The notes beneath the pieces were generated by a model. The model was not told the DNA's origin. It saw nothing but the letters and a program-made list of their open reading frames with translations, and did not search any database. A stretch of DNA of 64,000 bases from the human T2T-CHM13v2.0 reference genome, Homo sapiens, in NCBI RefSeq assembly GCF_009914755.1, contig NC_060927.1; one strand, 5' to 3'. Shown piece by piece: positions 28,523 through 41,292 of this stretch. Positions within the stretch are counted from its first letter, which is position 1. Every line of letters starts with the position of its first letter. Made by a program: the position numbers and the translations under genes.

Positions 28523-30899
28523 CAAGCATACCTCAGAGATACTGCAGGTTCAGTTCCAGACCTCTGCAATAAAGCAAATATCACAATAAAGCTAATCACA
28601 CGTTTTTATTTTTGGCTTCCCAGTATATATATAAAAGTGATGTTAACACTACACTACAGCCTAAGTGTGCAATAACATGTCTGAAAAATGTACATAACTT
28701 AATTAAGAATACTTTGTTGCTAAAAAATCCTGATGATCATCTGAGCCTTCAGCAAGTTGTAATCTTTTTGCTAGTGGAGGGTCTTGCCTAGATGTTGATG
28801 ACTACTGATTGCAGGGTGGTGGTTGCTTAAAGTTGGGGTGGCTGAGGCAATTTCTTAAAATAAGACAATAATAAAATGTTCTGCATTTCAGGAAATATTT
28901 CTCTATAGCATGCGATGCTGTTTGTTTGCATTTTACCCACAGTACAACTGCTTTCAAAATTGGAGTCAATCTTCTTAAAACCTGCTGCTGCTTTATCAAT
29001 TACGTTTATATAATATTCTAAATCCTTTGTTGTCATTTCACCAATGTTCGTAGCATTTTCACCAGGAGTAGATTCCATCTCAAGAAACTATTTTCTTTGC
29101 TCATCCATAGACACAATTCTTTATATGTGAAAATATTATGAGATTGCAGCAATTCAGTCACATCTTCAGGTTCCACTGCTGATTCTACTTATCTTGCTAT
29201 TTCTATCACATCTGTACTTCCTCCACTGAAGTCTTGAGTCCTCAAAGTCATTCATGAAGGTTGGAATCAGCTTCTTCCAAACCCCTATTAATGTTGATCT
29301 TTTGACACCTTTCCATGAATCATGAATATTACTAATGGCATCTAGAATGGTGAATTATTCCCAGTAGGTTTTCAATGTACTTTACCCAGATCTATCAGAG
29401 GAATCACTATCTATGGTAGGTACAGCCTTATGAAATGTATTTCTTAAATGATGAGCCATGAAAGTCAAGTTTCTCCTTGATCTATGGGCTGCAGAATGGA
29501 TACTGTGTTATCTGGCATGAAAACAACATTAATATCCTTGTACATCTCCATTAGAGCTCTTGGTTGGCCAGGTGCGTTGTTAATAAGCAGTACTATTTTG
29601 AAAGGAATCTTTTTCTGAGCAATAGGTCTCAATAGAAGCTTAAAATATTTAGTAAACCATGCTATAAATAGATGTGCTGTCATCTAGGCTTTGTTGTTCC
29701 ATTTACAGAGCATAGGCAGAGTAGATTTAGCATAATTCTTAAGGGCCCTAGGATTTTTGGAATGATGATAAGTCAGCATTGGCTTCAACTTGAAGTCACT
29801 GGCTGCAGTAGCCCCTAGCAAGAGAGTCAGTCTGTCCTTTGAAGCTTTGAAGCCAGGCCTTAACTTCTCCTGTCTAGCTATGGAAGTCCTAGATGTCATC
29901 TTCTTCCAATAGAAGGCTGTTTTATCTACATTGAAAAATCTGTTGTTTGTGTAGCCACCTTCATCAATGATTTTAGCTAGATCTTCTGGATAACTTGCTA
30001 CAGCTTCTCCATCAGCACTTGCTGTTTTACCTTGCACTTTATTGTTGTGGAGATGGCCTTTTCCTAAACTTCATGAGCCAATCCTGTTAGCTTCTGCCTT
30101 TTCTTCTGCAGTCTCCTGACCTCTCTCTGCCTTCATAAATTTAAGAGATTCTACTCTATTATTTAGGACTTTGCTCTGGATTAGGCTTTGGCTTGTGGAA
30201 TGTTGTGGCTAGTTTAATCTTCTATACAGACCACTAAAACTTTTTCTAGATCAGTAATAAGGCTGATTCACTTTCTTATCAGTTGTGTACTCACTGGAGT
30301 AGCACTTTTATTTTCCTTCAAGAACTTTTAGTTTGCTTTTGCAACTTGGCTAACTCTTTGGCACAAGAAAGCCTAGCTTTTGGTCTGTCTTGGCTTTCAT
30401 TATGTCTTCCTTACTAAGCTTAATCATTTCTAGCTTTTAATTTAAAGTGAGAGATACGTGACTCTTCCTTTCACTTGAACATTTAGAGGCCATTGTAGGG
30501 TTATTAACTGGGTTAGTTTCAATTTTGTGTCTCAGGGAATAGGGAGGCCTGAAGAGAGGGAGAGAGAGGGGGGAACGGCCTATTGGTGGAGCAGTCAGAA
30601 CATACACAATACTTATCGATTAAGTTCGCCATCTTATGTGGACACAGCTCATGGCATCCCAAAACAATTACAGTAGTAACATCAAAGGCCACTGATTACA
30701 GTCATAATAACAGATATCATAATAATTAAAATGTTTGAAATACTGTGAGAATTACAAAAATGTGACACAGAGACATGAAGTAAGCTGATGCTGTTGGAAA
30801 AAATGGTGCTGACAGACTTATTCAACACGAGGTTGTCAAAAAGTTTCAATTTGTAAAAACTGCAATATCCATAAAGTGCTACAAAATTAGGTATGACTC
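28523..30899 (-). mobile_element. full-length Tigger1 (TcMar-Tigger/pogo) DNA transposon with TA TSDs; transposase disrupted
   Basis: Ends CAAGCATACCTC... and ...TAGGTATGACTC are flanked by TA (28521-22, 30900-01). Transposase fragments: MASKCSSERKS (ATG 30493), [31 protein letters not shown]. Confidence 0.95.
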
Positions 30900-31064
30900 T
30901 ATTAATACTGCCAGAAAAACAAGATTCCCTGTTGCCTGGTGGAACTGTAAGAAGCATTGACTGCTTTAGCTAAGTATTGTTGCCAGGGTCAGTTTTGTCA
31001 TTTGGCAAAGAGGCAGTGACCAGAGTTGATTAACTAATGTCGTTAAACTAGGGGAAGGGTTGGG

Positions 31065-31230
31065 GGAGGTGGTATGTTGGAAAGCCTGATTCGTAGCACT
31101 TGCCAAAATATAAATACTGCAAGTCTGATTTCAAGCTACCAATGGTTTAACAGTGGGCTCACAAAATTCCTGAAAATTGAATAATTGGCTTTCATAAGCT
31201 AATATGACCTAGCTCTAGCATACCACCACA
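31065..31230. mobile_element. MER63A-like hAT-Blackjack MITE
   Basis: CTGATTTCAAGCTACCAATGGTTTAAC...AAAATTCCTGAAAAT. Confidence 0.7.
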
Positions 31231-32329
31231 GCTCTTCTCTGAGAACCAATGCCCCAGTTTCTGGTAAAAGATATCCCAGGAGACCTTCCTTCCTGTACTT
31301 GCCCAGGATTTCCCACGTAGGCTTGCGTCATGGGGGTGATGCTGGTCCTGTCATCACATTATAGTGGCTGGTGATTCAGGAAAATCCCCTTTAAGGAAAT
31401 CTCTCAAGTGTGCTCAATTTTGTATGAGAAAATAAGAGTGAAAATGCTAATAAAAATCAAAGATACCAACTTATCAGGGAGCTCTCGGTGAAAAACAGGT
31501 TAGAAATAATGCCCAAATAGCATATAGTTTCAATTTATTCATTGTACACTAGATGCAGTTAAATGAAGTCTCATATCTTGGGACAAAACAAGAGCGAGGG
31601 CATTTTAAACTGGGCACATTTTCGTCTATAAACAGGCAGGTACATTGATGGAGGTGAGGAAGTCCTTTTAATTCATCTCCACGACCAGCATCACTAGGAA
31701 GAAGAAAGACTAGGATCACATCAAAGCATATGTTCAGATGTGGCCAGCAGAAGCCTTGGCTGTATTGCTGTGGCTATTTCTCCTTTCTGTGGTGTCCTGG
31801 GAAGCTTGGTCTAGGCATGGTGAATTTTTCTTCTTTGACTAAGTTTGCAGAATCATAAGATCAAATGTTTAGAAGGGCATTTAGGTGACTGCATATACAT
31901 CCTCCTCAACATCCCTGACAATCATTTACTTAGTCTTGAAGGCCTCCATTAAAAGGGGGTACTTAGCTTCCTGATGCTTCTGTTTACATTTCTAGGCAAT
32001 TCTGTTTGGTGGAAAATTTCCCCTCAGGCAAAGTAGGATCTTCATTTCTGCAGCTGATCTTTTGGTTTTTCTCTGGACACATAGCATCTAGGATGGACAC
32101 ACAGCTTTACAATTAGTCAGATGCATTTCAATTCAGTTCTACAAACATTTCCTGAGTCCTTATCATGGCCAGAATACAAAGATGCGTTAGCTTAGTTTCC
32201 ATTCTTGAGAAGCTCATGGTTTGGCAACTTAGAAAGTTTCGCAAAAAGATAATCTAGTTCCATTATGTATTCTATAATACGTGGCCTCCTTTCTCTTTAC
32301 TTCAACCACAAGCTTACAACAGCAGCTTC

Positions 32330-32740
32330 CATCTTCTGACATGAGCTCATCATCCCAACCAGCAATTTGTTCGTCTAGGGGTTTGTCCCTGACCAAACTA
32401 CACCATCAGTAACCACAGCCATAGTTGATTGGTCCAAGAATGGGCTCCTGACCAAAGCTGGCCACTCAAATCTTTTATCTCAGATTTTAAAATTTGGTAT
32501 CAAAAAGGGTATAAGCCAGTCTCTCTAATGACTGACTTTCTAATGACTGCAAAGCTGTGCAGTGCTGTAGCTGATTCCTGACACTCTGTAGTGAGAAGGA
32601 ATGAAGCAGATGTGCAGAAAGGAGAAACAAGTAATGGAGAGAGGGTCCTGGCAGAATTTCCTTCCTTGGCTCCAGTGTTCCTGAGACTTGTTTCTATCCC
32701 TGCCCTTCTCATGCCCAGCTCATCTCTGGGTCAACACATT
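32330..32740 (+). mobile_element. MLT1K/L-like MaLR LTR fragment
   Basis: TGATTGGTCCAAGAATGGGCTCCTGACCAAAGCTGGCCA. Confidence 0.5.
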
Positions 32741-33209
32741 CCCCTTTGAATGTTTTGAAATGTTGAAAGTTTTAAGCTGCTTTGCATTTTGTTTCATTTT
32801 TGTTTGTTTGCTTGCTTTTTTTTTTTTTTTATTTAGAAGAGAAAAGGGCAAAATGAAGGGATCAGAAAGCAGTGTTGATGCTCCATATCTCCACCCCTTT
32901 GCTGGGGCAAACTTGACCAATGGGTATCACAGATGGACAGGTTGTGTATCAAAAAGAGGAAAAGGCTCATGTTTCCTTGGAAGGCATTTGGTTGGTAGTC
33001 AGTGAGAGATGGAGAAAAACGAAATAGGAATTCAGGTGGCAGGCAGCCTGCTGTTGAGTGGGAATTATTCTCTTGGTGAGAGAGGTTTGTATTCACCTCT
33101 GCTTGCTGAGGGCATCTTGTCTGTTTACTCCGGGTCTACTGCTGAAACAGTTAACTTCTGGGTGGTGCAGTAAGCTTGAATAGAGATGGGGCCCTTCCTT
33201 CATCAGTTA

Positions 33210-33440
33210 ATAGAGGGTTTACTATATACCAGACACTATAAATTGATATTTACCTAAATACTTGTATATATAATTTCAAATTTATTTACATATAAGTCCC
33301 ATGGTATTATCATGAAGTTGGGATGTATCCACATTTTACCAATGAGGAACCAGAGACTGGAAGAGTCAATCAGTTGTTTGAGGCTCACAGAGTTACAGAG
33401 TGACAGTGGGGATGGGAACTCAGCTTCTGACTCCAAACTC
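33210..33440 (-). mobile_element. MIR SINE
   Basis: CACATTTTACCAATGAGGAACCAGAGACT...GGCTCACAGAGTT...CTGACTCCAAA. Confidence 0.65.
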
Positions 33441-35429
33441 TATTGTACATCCCTCTCTTCTGAGAGAGACAGAGAATCTGGCTCTTTAAGTATCTGCCTG
33501 GTTTGAGGACTGCTGCAGCAATGATAATCCACCAGCGTGGTCTGGAGACTGAGTTCCCTGGGAAAGGCCTCCTTCTCACCTCCAGCACTCTCTCTATTTC
33601 CTGCATAAAGGGAGGAGTGAATGTTTCAAGGCAGGTTTCTTCTCTGGCAAGAGCCCAGGACTTTGCAGGCTGAACCAGCATCCTACAGCCAGGTGCGTCC
33701 GGCCTCAGTCACTGTGCCTGGCCAGGTGAGGCTCTGGGGTTTCATCTGCCTGTGGTTGGCAAGACTTCTGAGAGGGCTGCCTAATCCCAAATAATAATAA
33801 TGACAATAGTGGTGATAATAGAGGGCTTTATGTGTGCAAAATGTGGTTCAATCCCAAAAGGTCCAGGAACACTATAAAAGATCCTGATAAGTATTATTAT
33901 CTCTTGGGCGGGCAACAGGTTTACCTTGAGGGCAAATGCTGCAATGGGAGGTAAAGAGCCTGAGAGGTAATGAGATCAGGTAACAATAATGATAGCAAGT
34001 GCTAATGCCAGTAGCCAAGAAAAAGGACAAACGGGAAGTCATGTTTGGAGACTCTGGGTTAATTAAAAAAGAACTCTTCTTGCCTATTTTCCTTTGGGCA
34101 TGAATTATCAGCAACAAATGATAGAGCACAGGCTCTTCTTCAGAGCTAAAGAGATGAGCCCTGTTTAGGTGGCCATCTGCTTTGCATGTGTGGAGAATGT
34201 CTGGTCTGCACAGTGCACACTCAAGGGTCTCTGGGGTTTCACAGGGAATGTTAATGAATAAACATAGTCGAGTGTAAGGCAAATATAGTACAAATAAAAT
34301 GAGAGCAATGTGACAAATGGCAAGGTATGCTTGGCTTCAATATTGGGGCACGATAAGGAGGGGTGGGGTCTGCGGCAAACTAGAGGGAGAACCATGTGCC
34401 ACCACTGAAGGAAGCAGCTCTATTTAAATCCAACCAGAGCTGGCCCTGTGTTGCCAGTTCTTTCAATTTTGGGAAGAAACTGAAACTCCAAATTGTTGTG
34501 GAGAATCTCTTAAATTTAAAATATTGTTAACTACTTTGAACATTTTCAAATGCTGTTGGCTACATCCTGTCTGGTTGGGGTTTTTCGCCTAAGGAAACCC
34601 TGCAATTACCTCAAATTTCAAAGATGTTTAGCCTTATTAAGCACATGGAGTTAGAGGAGACAGCTGGCCCATTGTGCATCCTGTATCCCCCCCAGCCAAG
34701 ATTATAAAAGAAGCCAGTGGGAAGGAGGAGAGATAGCCCAGGCTCATGTGTGTCTAGACACTGCATGGAGTATGGGCTGGATGGGGCTGCCAAGGTGTGG
34801 CCACGAGTGTGGTCAGATGAGAACATCACAAATGAGCTTGGTAGAAGGAGAGGCTGGCAAGGGTGAAATCCAGTGGGGCTACTGAAGATAAACAGCAACT
34901 GTGACAAAATTTTATCTCTTCTGGCTTTTTCCTGCTCCCTTTCTTTCTCTCTACTGCCCTATTATACATTTTCTCTTTATCTTCCTTCTTTCCTTCCTTC
35001 CTTCCCACAAATTCACGGGCCACTCACATAGTGTCGGAAGCTTTACAGGCTATGGGAACGTAATCTAGGCATACAATTATGTTTTCAACTTTTATTTTCT
35101 CCCATGGAAGCTGTTTCACATAAAAAGAGCTATAGAGGTTTTTTTAAAAAAATCAAATCTGAAAGTAAGCTTGACAAGATCAGGCATTATATAAGCGGTG
35201 TAATTTTTTTCTTTGAGAGAATCACTTCAACAAGACACACAGTCACAGCAGCAATTTAACAATAGCAAGAGGCCTCATGGCTGTCAGTGATCAGAGACCC
35301 GCCAGGTGCCTGAGATATTGCAGGCAGAGACTACAAATGGTGGATTCAATGTGATGCCTGAATTGAAAGTTGTAAGGGATATCTCTTTTTCTCACGTGGC
35401 CCACATCCCCCTGTGAGGGATGTCCAGCC

Positions 35430-35865
35430 TGGTGCAGAAGAGGGCAGAAAGGCCTTCTGTAGGAGGGGACATCTAGAGGGATGAGTGGAACCTAGCCAGG
35501 TAGAGAAACAGGAAAGAAAAGAGCATTCCAGAGAAAGCAAGAGTAGGTGCAATGACCGTGAGTTGAGAGACCATGCAGCTCTTTTGGGCACCTGAAAATG
35601 CTTCAGTCTAGCTGGAGGAGACGGTATACTCAGGGGCAAAACTAAAGCTATAAGTAGGAGATGGATAATTAAGGGCCTTGTATATTGTGTTAGGGAGTTT
35701 TACTCTATCCCCAGGTGGGTTTTTGGCAGGAGAGTAACATTGTCAGTCTTGTGTTTTAGGAAGATCACTTTGATTGCCATGTGGAGAGTGAACTGTGGGA
35801 GGACCCCAGTGGAGGCAGGAAGACTAAACCAGAAGACAGTCACAGTAGTCCAGATAAGAGATGCA
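35430..35865. mobile_element. L2 LINE fragment overlapping the 120-nt exon
   Basis: GAAAGAGCATTCCAGAGA...AGGGCCTTGTATATTGTGTTAGGGAGTTTTACTCTATCC...GCAGGAGAGTAACAT...AAGATCACTTTGATTGC is typical of L2. Confidence 0.7.
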
Positions 35866-35879
35866 TATGTTATCAATCG
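35760..35879 (+). ncRNA. candidate lncRNA exon (120 nt), largely L2-derived
   Basis: Acceptor gtcttgtgttttag|GAAG; strong donor ATCG|gtgagt; lies within L2-like sequence. Confidence 0.55.
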
Positions 35880-36149
35880 GTGAGTTTTTACTGAGAAAGG
35901 ACTACACTAATAGTTGTATGTGATACAGCAGACACTTTTTGATCTCAAGGATCTTTGCTGGGTTGTCAAGACAAATAGATCATCCATTCAATTGGTTAAT
36001 TGAATTCAATTTAAAAATATTCATAAAATCTGTACTACAGAGAAGCAATGTTCCAAGGCACAGATCAATAAGACATGGTTACTGCCATGAAGGAGCTTAT
36101 AGTCTCTTGGGGGAGGCAAATACAACCAAATACCATGCGTGGTATACAG

Positions 36150-36665
36150 CATGGGTCCCCAACCCCCAGGCCAAGGACCGCTACTGGTCTGTATAAGCCT
36201 GCACAGCAGGAGGTAAGTGGCCGGCCAGCAAGTGTAGCTTCATCTGTATTTACAGCCTCTTCCCATTGCTCTCAGTACTGCCTGAGCTCCACCTCTTATC
36301 AGATCAGCAGCCGCATTAGATTCTCATAGGAGTGTGAACCCTATTGTGAACTGTGCATGTGAGGGATCTATGTTATGTACTCCTTATGAGAATCTAATGC
36401 CTGATGATCTGTCACTGTCTCCCATACCCCCCAGATGGGACCATCTAGTTGCAGGAAAACAAGCTCAGGGCTCCCACTGATTCTACATTATGGTGAGTTG
36501 TATAATTATTTCATTATGTATTACAAGGTAACAGTAATAGCAATAAAATGCACAATAAATGTAATGTGCTTGAATCATCCTGAAACCATTCCTCTGCCCT
36601 CGGTTCATGGAAAAATTGTCTTCCACAAAACTGGTCCCTGGTGCCAAAAAGGTTCAAGACCACTC
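36150..36665. mobile_element. MER1A hAT-Charlie element
   Basis: GGTCCCCAACCCCCAGGCC...GCATTAGATTCTCATAGGAG...GAAAAATTGTCTTCCACAAAACTGGTCCCTGGTGCCAAAAAGGTT. Confidence 0.9.
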
Positions 36666-36934
36666 ATTTAGAATATAATACTGTAGTGTACAAGTAAGTT
36701 AACTGGCCTGCACTGGTCATGCCTTCTTATTGTAATGAGTGCCAGCCCACTGATTTACTCAGCCTCATCTTCTATATTTAGCTCACTTGGGCCAACCACA
36801 ATCTTGTGTGGAATATTATCTTTATTCCCATTTCATAGGTGAGAAACTGAGGCTCAGAGAGATTACAAAGGAGCACAGATGGGATTTTTACTCCAGGTCC
36901 TCTAGTCTCATTATCCCATGTTTTGAGGATTATA

Positions 36935-37407
36935 CTGATGTTTCCCAAACTTTAGTCATTGTTTCTGATTTTTACAATAATTATATAAGCCTGCACAATT
37001 ATTTACTTTATTTCACTTTAAACTGATTCATTGTTCATATTAAATAATTTATTCTGAAAAGAAAGTCATGTGAACATAATGAATAGAAAGTATCACTTGC
37101 CACAAACATAAAATAACTGTAAAATTAAATATGTTAAAACAATAGTATTAAAAGACTCATTGCATACAGTAGCCTGATCGAGGTCTGAGTCTGATGTCAG
37201 CTGACTTTGTTAAAAAGGGAAACTTCCAAGTGTTGAAAGGTGCTAAAGACCTGGTAGCACTAAACTGGCACTTAGCTTTGACTCATCATAAGGCTCTAAA
37301 GATAATTGAGCCTTATGGGAATAAATCCCTCACTCTGAGATTTAATCTTATTTAATGGTATCTATCTACTACCTCACATATAGCACATCATCCATGGGCA
37401 GACACCG
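36935..37407. mobile_element. MER113-like hAT-Charlie element
   Basis: GTTTCCCAAACTTTAGTCATT...AGTATCACTTGCCACAAA...CTTTGTTAAAAAGGGA. Confidence 0.6.
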
Positions 37408-37641
37408 TGAAGTGGCCCATCTCCCTTCTTCCTTTTTGCAACCATCTTTCCTTGCTACAAGCTGCCACCCTATGAGGTCACTGGTGGGGGTGAGGGGGCA
37501 TCCTTTTAGGCAGGTAAAGAAGAGTGAACCTTCCAGACAGTGCCATAGGGTGTCAAGGTGGCCACTAGGGTTTCCGTCTAGGGAAACACGATTGTGCTAT
37601 ACAGCAATGATCCCCTTGTGATAACAGGCAAAGGTTAGTGA

Positions 37642-37995
<354 letters not shown>

Positions 37996-38518
37996 TGAGA
38001 CTGAGGCCACTTCTGCCTCATGTTCCTATCTCTCAGCATTCATGAGCCTTCCCTCACTTTGTTAATGATATTTCATGATATTTTTATATTATTACCCGAT
38101 ACAACTTTTAGGATGTAGAGAGAAAGGAACAGACTTTGGAGATCCTTCAGAATCTGTGAGCCTGGAAGATAGAAACCGTGGAGCAGAAGTTGGTGACAGG
38201 GAGGTTATATCAGCTTGGTTTGCCTATCCACAGGGACGTCCATAAACTTAGATCACTGGCCATTCATGGGGGATGACCAAAGGCTGTGGCTAGAGAGCAG
38301 TCCCAAGGCAGGATTTAGAGCAGGCAAAAAGCCTGAGTACAAAGCCTGCCCCCAAGTGAGCAGGGACAGGGGAAGTATGAACACTGTACTTATATCTCAC
38401 CTGTAGGCTGGGGGATTGGAGGTGGGATTGTCAACCATTTGTGAGTGAGCTTTTGCCTTGATGGTCCTCCTTGACTTGAATGTCCAAGAGTGAGGACTCC
38501 ACAGAAACATTACCCATC

Positions 38519-38896
38519 TGATATAGTTTGGCACTATGTTTGGACCCGAATCTCACATTGAATTGTAATCCCCAGTGTTGGGGGAGGGACCTAATGGGAG
38601 GGCGTTGGAACATGGGGGCAGATTTCCCCCTTGTGTTCTCGTGATAGTGAGTGAGTTCTCCTGAGATCTGATTGTTTAAACGTGTGTAGCTCCTCCCCTT
38701 CACTCTCTTCCTCCTGCGCAGCCATGTGAAGAAGATGCTTGCTTCCCCTTTGCCTTCTGCCATGATTGTGAGTTTCGCGAGGCCTCCACAGCCATGCTTC
38801 CTGTACTGCAGAACTGTGAGTCAATTAAACCTCTTTTCTTCATAAATTACCCAGTCTCTGGTAGTTCTTTATAGCAGTGCAAGATGGACTAATACA
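38519..38896 (+). mobile_element. MSTA/THE1D-like MaLR solo LTR inside the terminal lncRNA exon
   Basis: TGATATAGTTTGG...GGACTAATACA with 5-bp TSD CCATC/CCACC; internal ATTAAA at 38824. Confidence 0.9.
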
Positions 38897-39046
38897 CCAC
38901 CTAAGTGATGTATTTGTTGCTCCAGCTCTATATATACCTAATTTGTACATCACCTGGGACCTTGCTTTTCTTTGAGTTAAATGATTTTATATGTTAACTA
39001 CTCTACTTTAATGATCACAATTTATCATATACTTTTTCAGCATCTC

Positions 39047-39052
39047 AATAAA
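39047..39052 (+). terminator. polyadenylation signal AATAAA
   Basis: Canonical hexamer after a U-rich stretch at the end of the putative terminal exon. Confidence 0.55.
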
Positions 39053-41233
39053 AGAAATTTTTTCGAAATTCAGGAGACTATCATTTGAGTCTGCTTTGCA
39101 AAGTGATTTATTTCTGTCAATATTCCAGTGAGAGAAGGACTTTTGTTTATGTGACACACACTGGGGACATACAAAGAGCAAAAGACCCCTGTCAAACATG
39201 ACTGCAAGTGAAGACATGTCTAAACACACACAACTTCATATGAAAGATTAAAGGAAGAAGAAAATTGATTATAATACCAACTCTTGCATTTCTCTGAATT
39301 TTGCATAGCAGCTTTTCATGTGAATGAATGTTCAGAAATTCGGGTCTGAACAAAATAAAAATGCATCCATAAATTTTTAAAAGACAGATTTTAAAATCTC
39401 ATTTAATACAAGAGAAAATCTGATTTCTTTCTAGAATGTCTTTATAGATAGTACACATCTATGCCGGGTAAGGTGCTACAGATACTGGTATACATAAATT
39501 AGAAGACATAATCATGGCTTTCAGGAAATTTGTAATCCCTTGAGAAAAACACACACAAATAAACTATGATAAAAGTAGAACAGAGGAATTTAAAAGTGAC
39601 AGGTGAACCCAGGTGCTGGATGTTATATCAGCTTCAGAGAGGAGGTCTATAGAGGAGAGGACATTTCAATTAGTTCTTGAGGGATGAAGAGGATTTTGCA
39701 AGGAGTGGAGAAAAGAGATTAGACACAAAGGGAACAGTGGGACCAAAGACAAAGAGACAAGAATGTGCATACCCATTTGCAGAATGTAAGTGATGATGGA
39801 AGCATTGTGTTTATTTGAGGGAAAATGACAGTGTAAGGGTGAAAAGGTGAGTAGGAGCCCAACTGTGAAGGTCTTTGAATGGTGCCTGGATTTCCTTCCT
39901 CTAGACATGGATGCCCATCACAGGCTCTTAATCAGGAGAGTGATGATGATGGGATATTTTGATTTAGAAAGCTAAACAAGGAGATCAGGCAAGAGGTTTT
40001 TTACGTTGGCTGAGGTAAAATGATCTTTTATGTATCTTACACCAATTCTGTTCTCTCTCCTTTTTCTAAGAAGTATACTGAAATAAAAGATGTTTGTTTT
40101 GAAGAGACTCAATGTATTTGCCACACAAATAACTCAGCTTGTTCCAATGAATGAAGTCTTAAAATGTAGCAGAAGGGATGGAAAAGGGCTGCCCTCACTT
40201 TGGATTTCTGGTCCTTATCTTTTCAATACGTGGAATATTACTGAGATGCAAGTAAGGGAGGAAGAGGGAAGAAACCATATGTGTCAGGCTTTGCCTGTTC
40301 CTCCAAGAAGATAGATTTTTTTTTTTTCCTGAGGCTCTTCAGATCAAATTAAGCAGTAAAAATATTCTAATTGAGTTGGGCTAGACTAAAGATGGATCCT
40401 TATCTTGGTACAATTACATGGTGTAATCTTTGCTTCCAATTATACCATTTCTCCTTCCAAGAGGAAGAGATTGAGCATGCGAACAGATTCTCAGGCTCCA
40501 AAAGAAGCGTGTCTGTTGTTATTAAAGGGGAGTTAGAGACATGTTGTCATAAATGTGTGTGACTCTCAGAGCTTTTAGAGACATCCACATTTCTGCCCGT
40601 GAGGAATGGAAGGGAAGGCAGAGGGACTGATAGACCAATTGATGGGGAAAATTTTATTGCAAAATATGAGACTATGGTGATGGCTGCCTTTTGGGACATG
40701 GACTTCTACTCAGGTCTCTGGTGGAACTGAAGACATGGGGTTGATGGTGGTGAGAGTGGGGTTGAATTGTTCTAATAGGGTCTATGTCATCGGAAGAGCC
40801 CACTGCTTACAGGATGCTTGGTTTTGTTTAAAGGTGGGCAGAGCAAGACATGGCACTCCCCTGTTTTCTCTTTCCCCACATCTCCTCTACCCCCAATCAC
40901 TTAGGATAGTTTTTTCCCTCTGAACCCAGAAATGAGAAACAGTCTGTAGTTTTCAGTATTGCAGTATCAAACTTTTAATTTTTGCATCTGCTTTTGAACA
41001 AGTCATAAGAAAAACAAAGTTGTAAGGCTTTATTTTTTTAAGTCATTTTTCTCCCTTTCAAATTCTCTCTAGAATCTTTTTATCTGAGCTCCCTGGGGAG
41101 GCGTCTTGACACTGTGGGAAACACTCCAATTTCTCTTATGTGGTGGGAGGGGAGGGTACTCAATTGTCAGTTAAAAAAATAATGATCTGCAGCAGATTAA
41201 AGAACTTAGAGAGCCTTACACGTTTGAGTCTTT

Positions 41234-41292
41234 TAAGTGGGTAACTCCTTTAACCGGGTAATTCTTCTAAGCGGGTAATTCCTTTAAGCAGG
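41234..41292. repeat. 17-bp tandem repeat x3.5 (consensus TAAGCGGGTAATTCCTT)
   Basis: Units start at 41234, 41251 and 41268, with a partial unit at 41285. Confidence 0.85.

Larger units (their letters stand above)
38112..39070 (+). ncRNA. ADAMTS9-AS2: lncRNA terminal exon containing an MST/THE1-type LTR
   Basis: Acceptor acaacttttag|GATG; AATAAA at 39047-39052; 3' end position is estimated. Confidence 0.55.

Noticed and set aside
28802-30037. Transposase-like ORFs as a possible domesticated TIGD gene
   Set aside because: Multiple stops and frameshifts across the Tigger1 ORF.
38595-38620. Possible DUX4 site in the MaLR LTR
   Set aside because: The position expected to read TAATTGAATCA-like is degenerate here (GGCGTTGGAACA).
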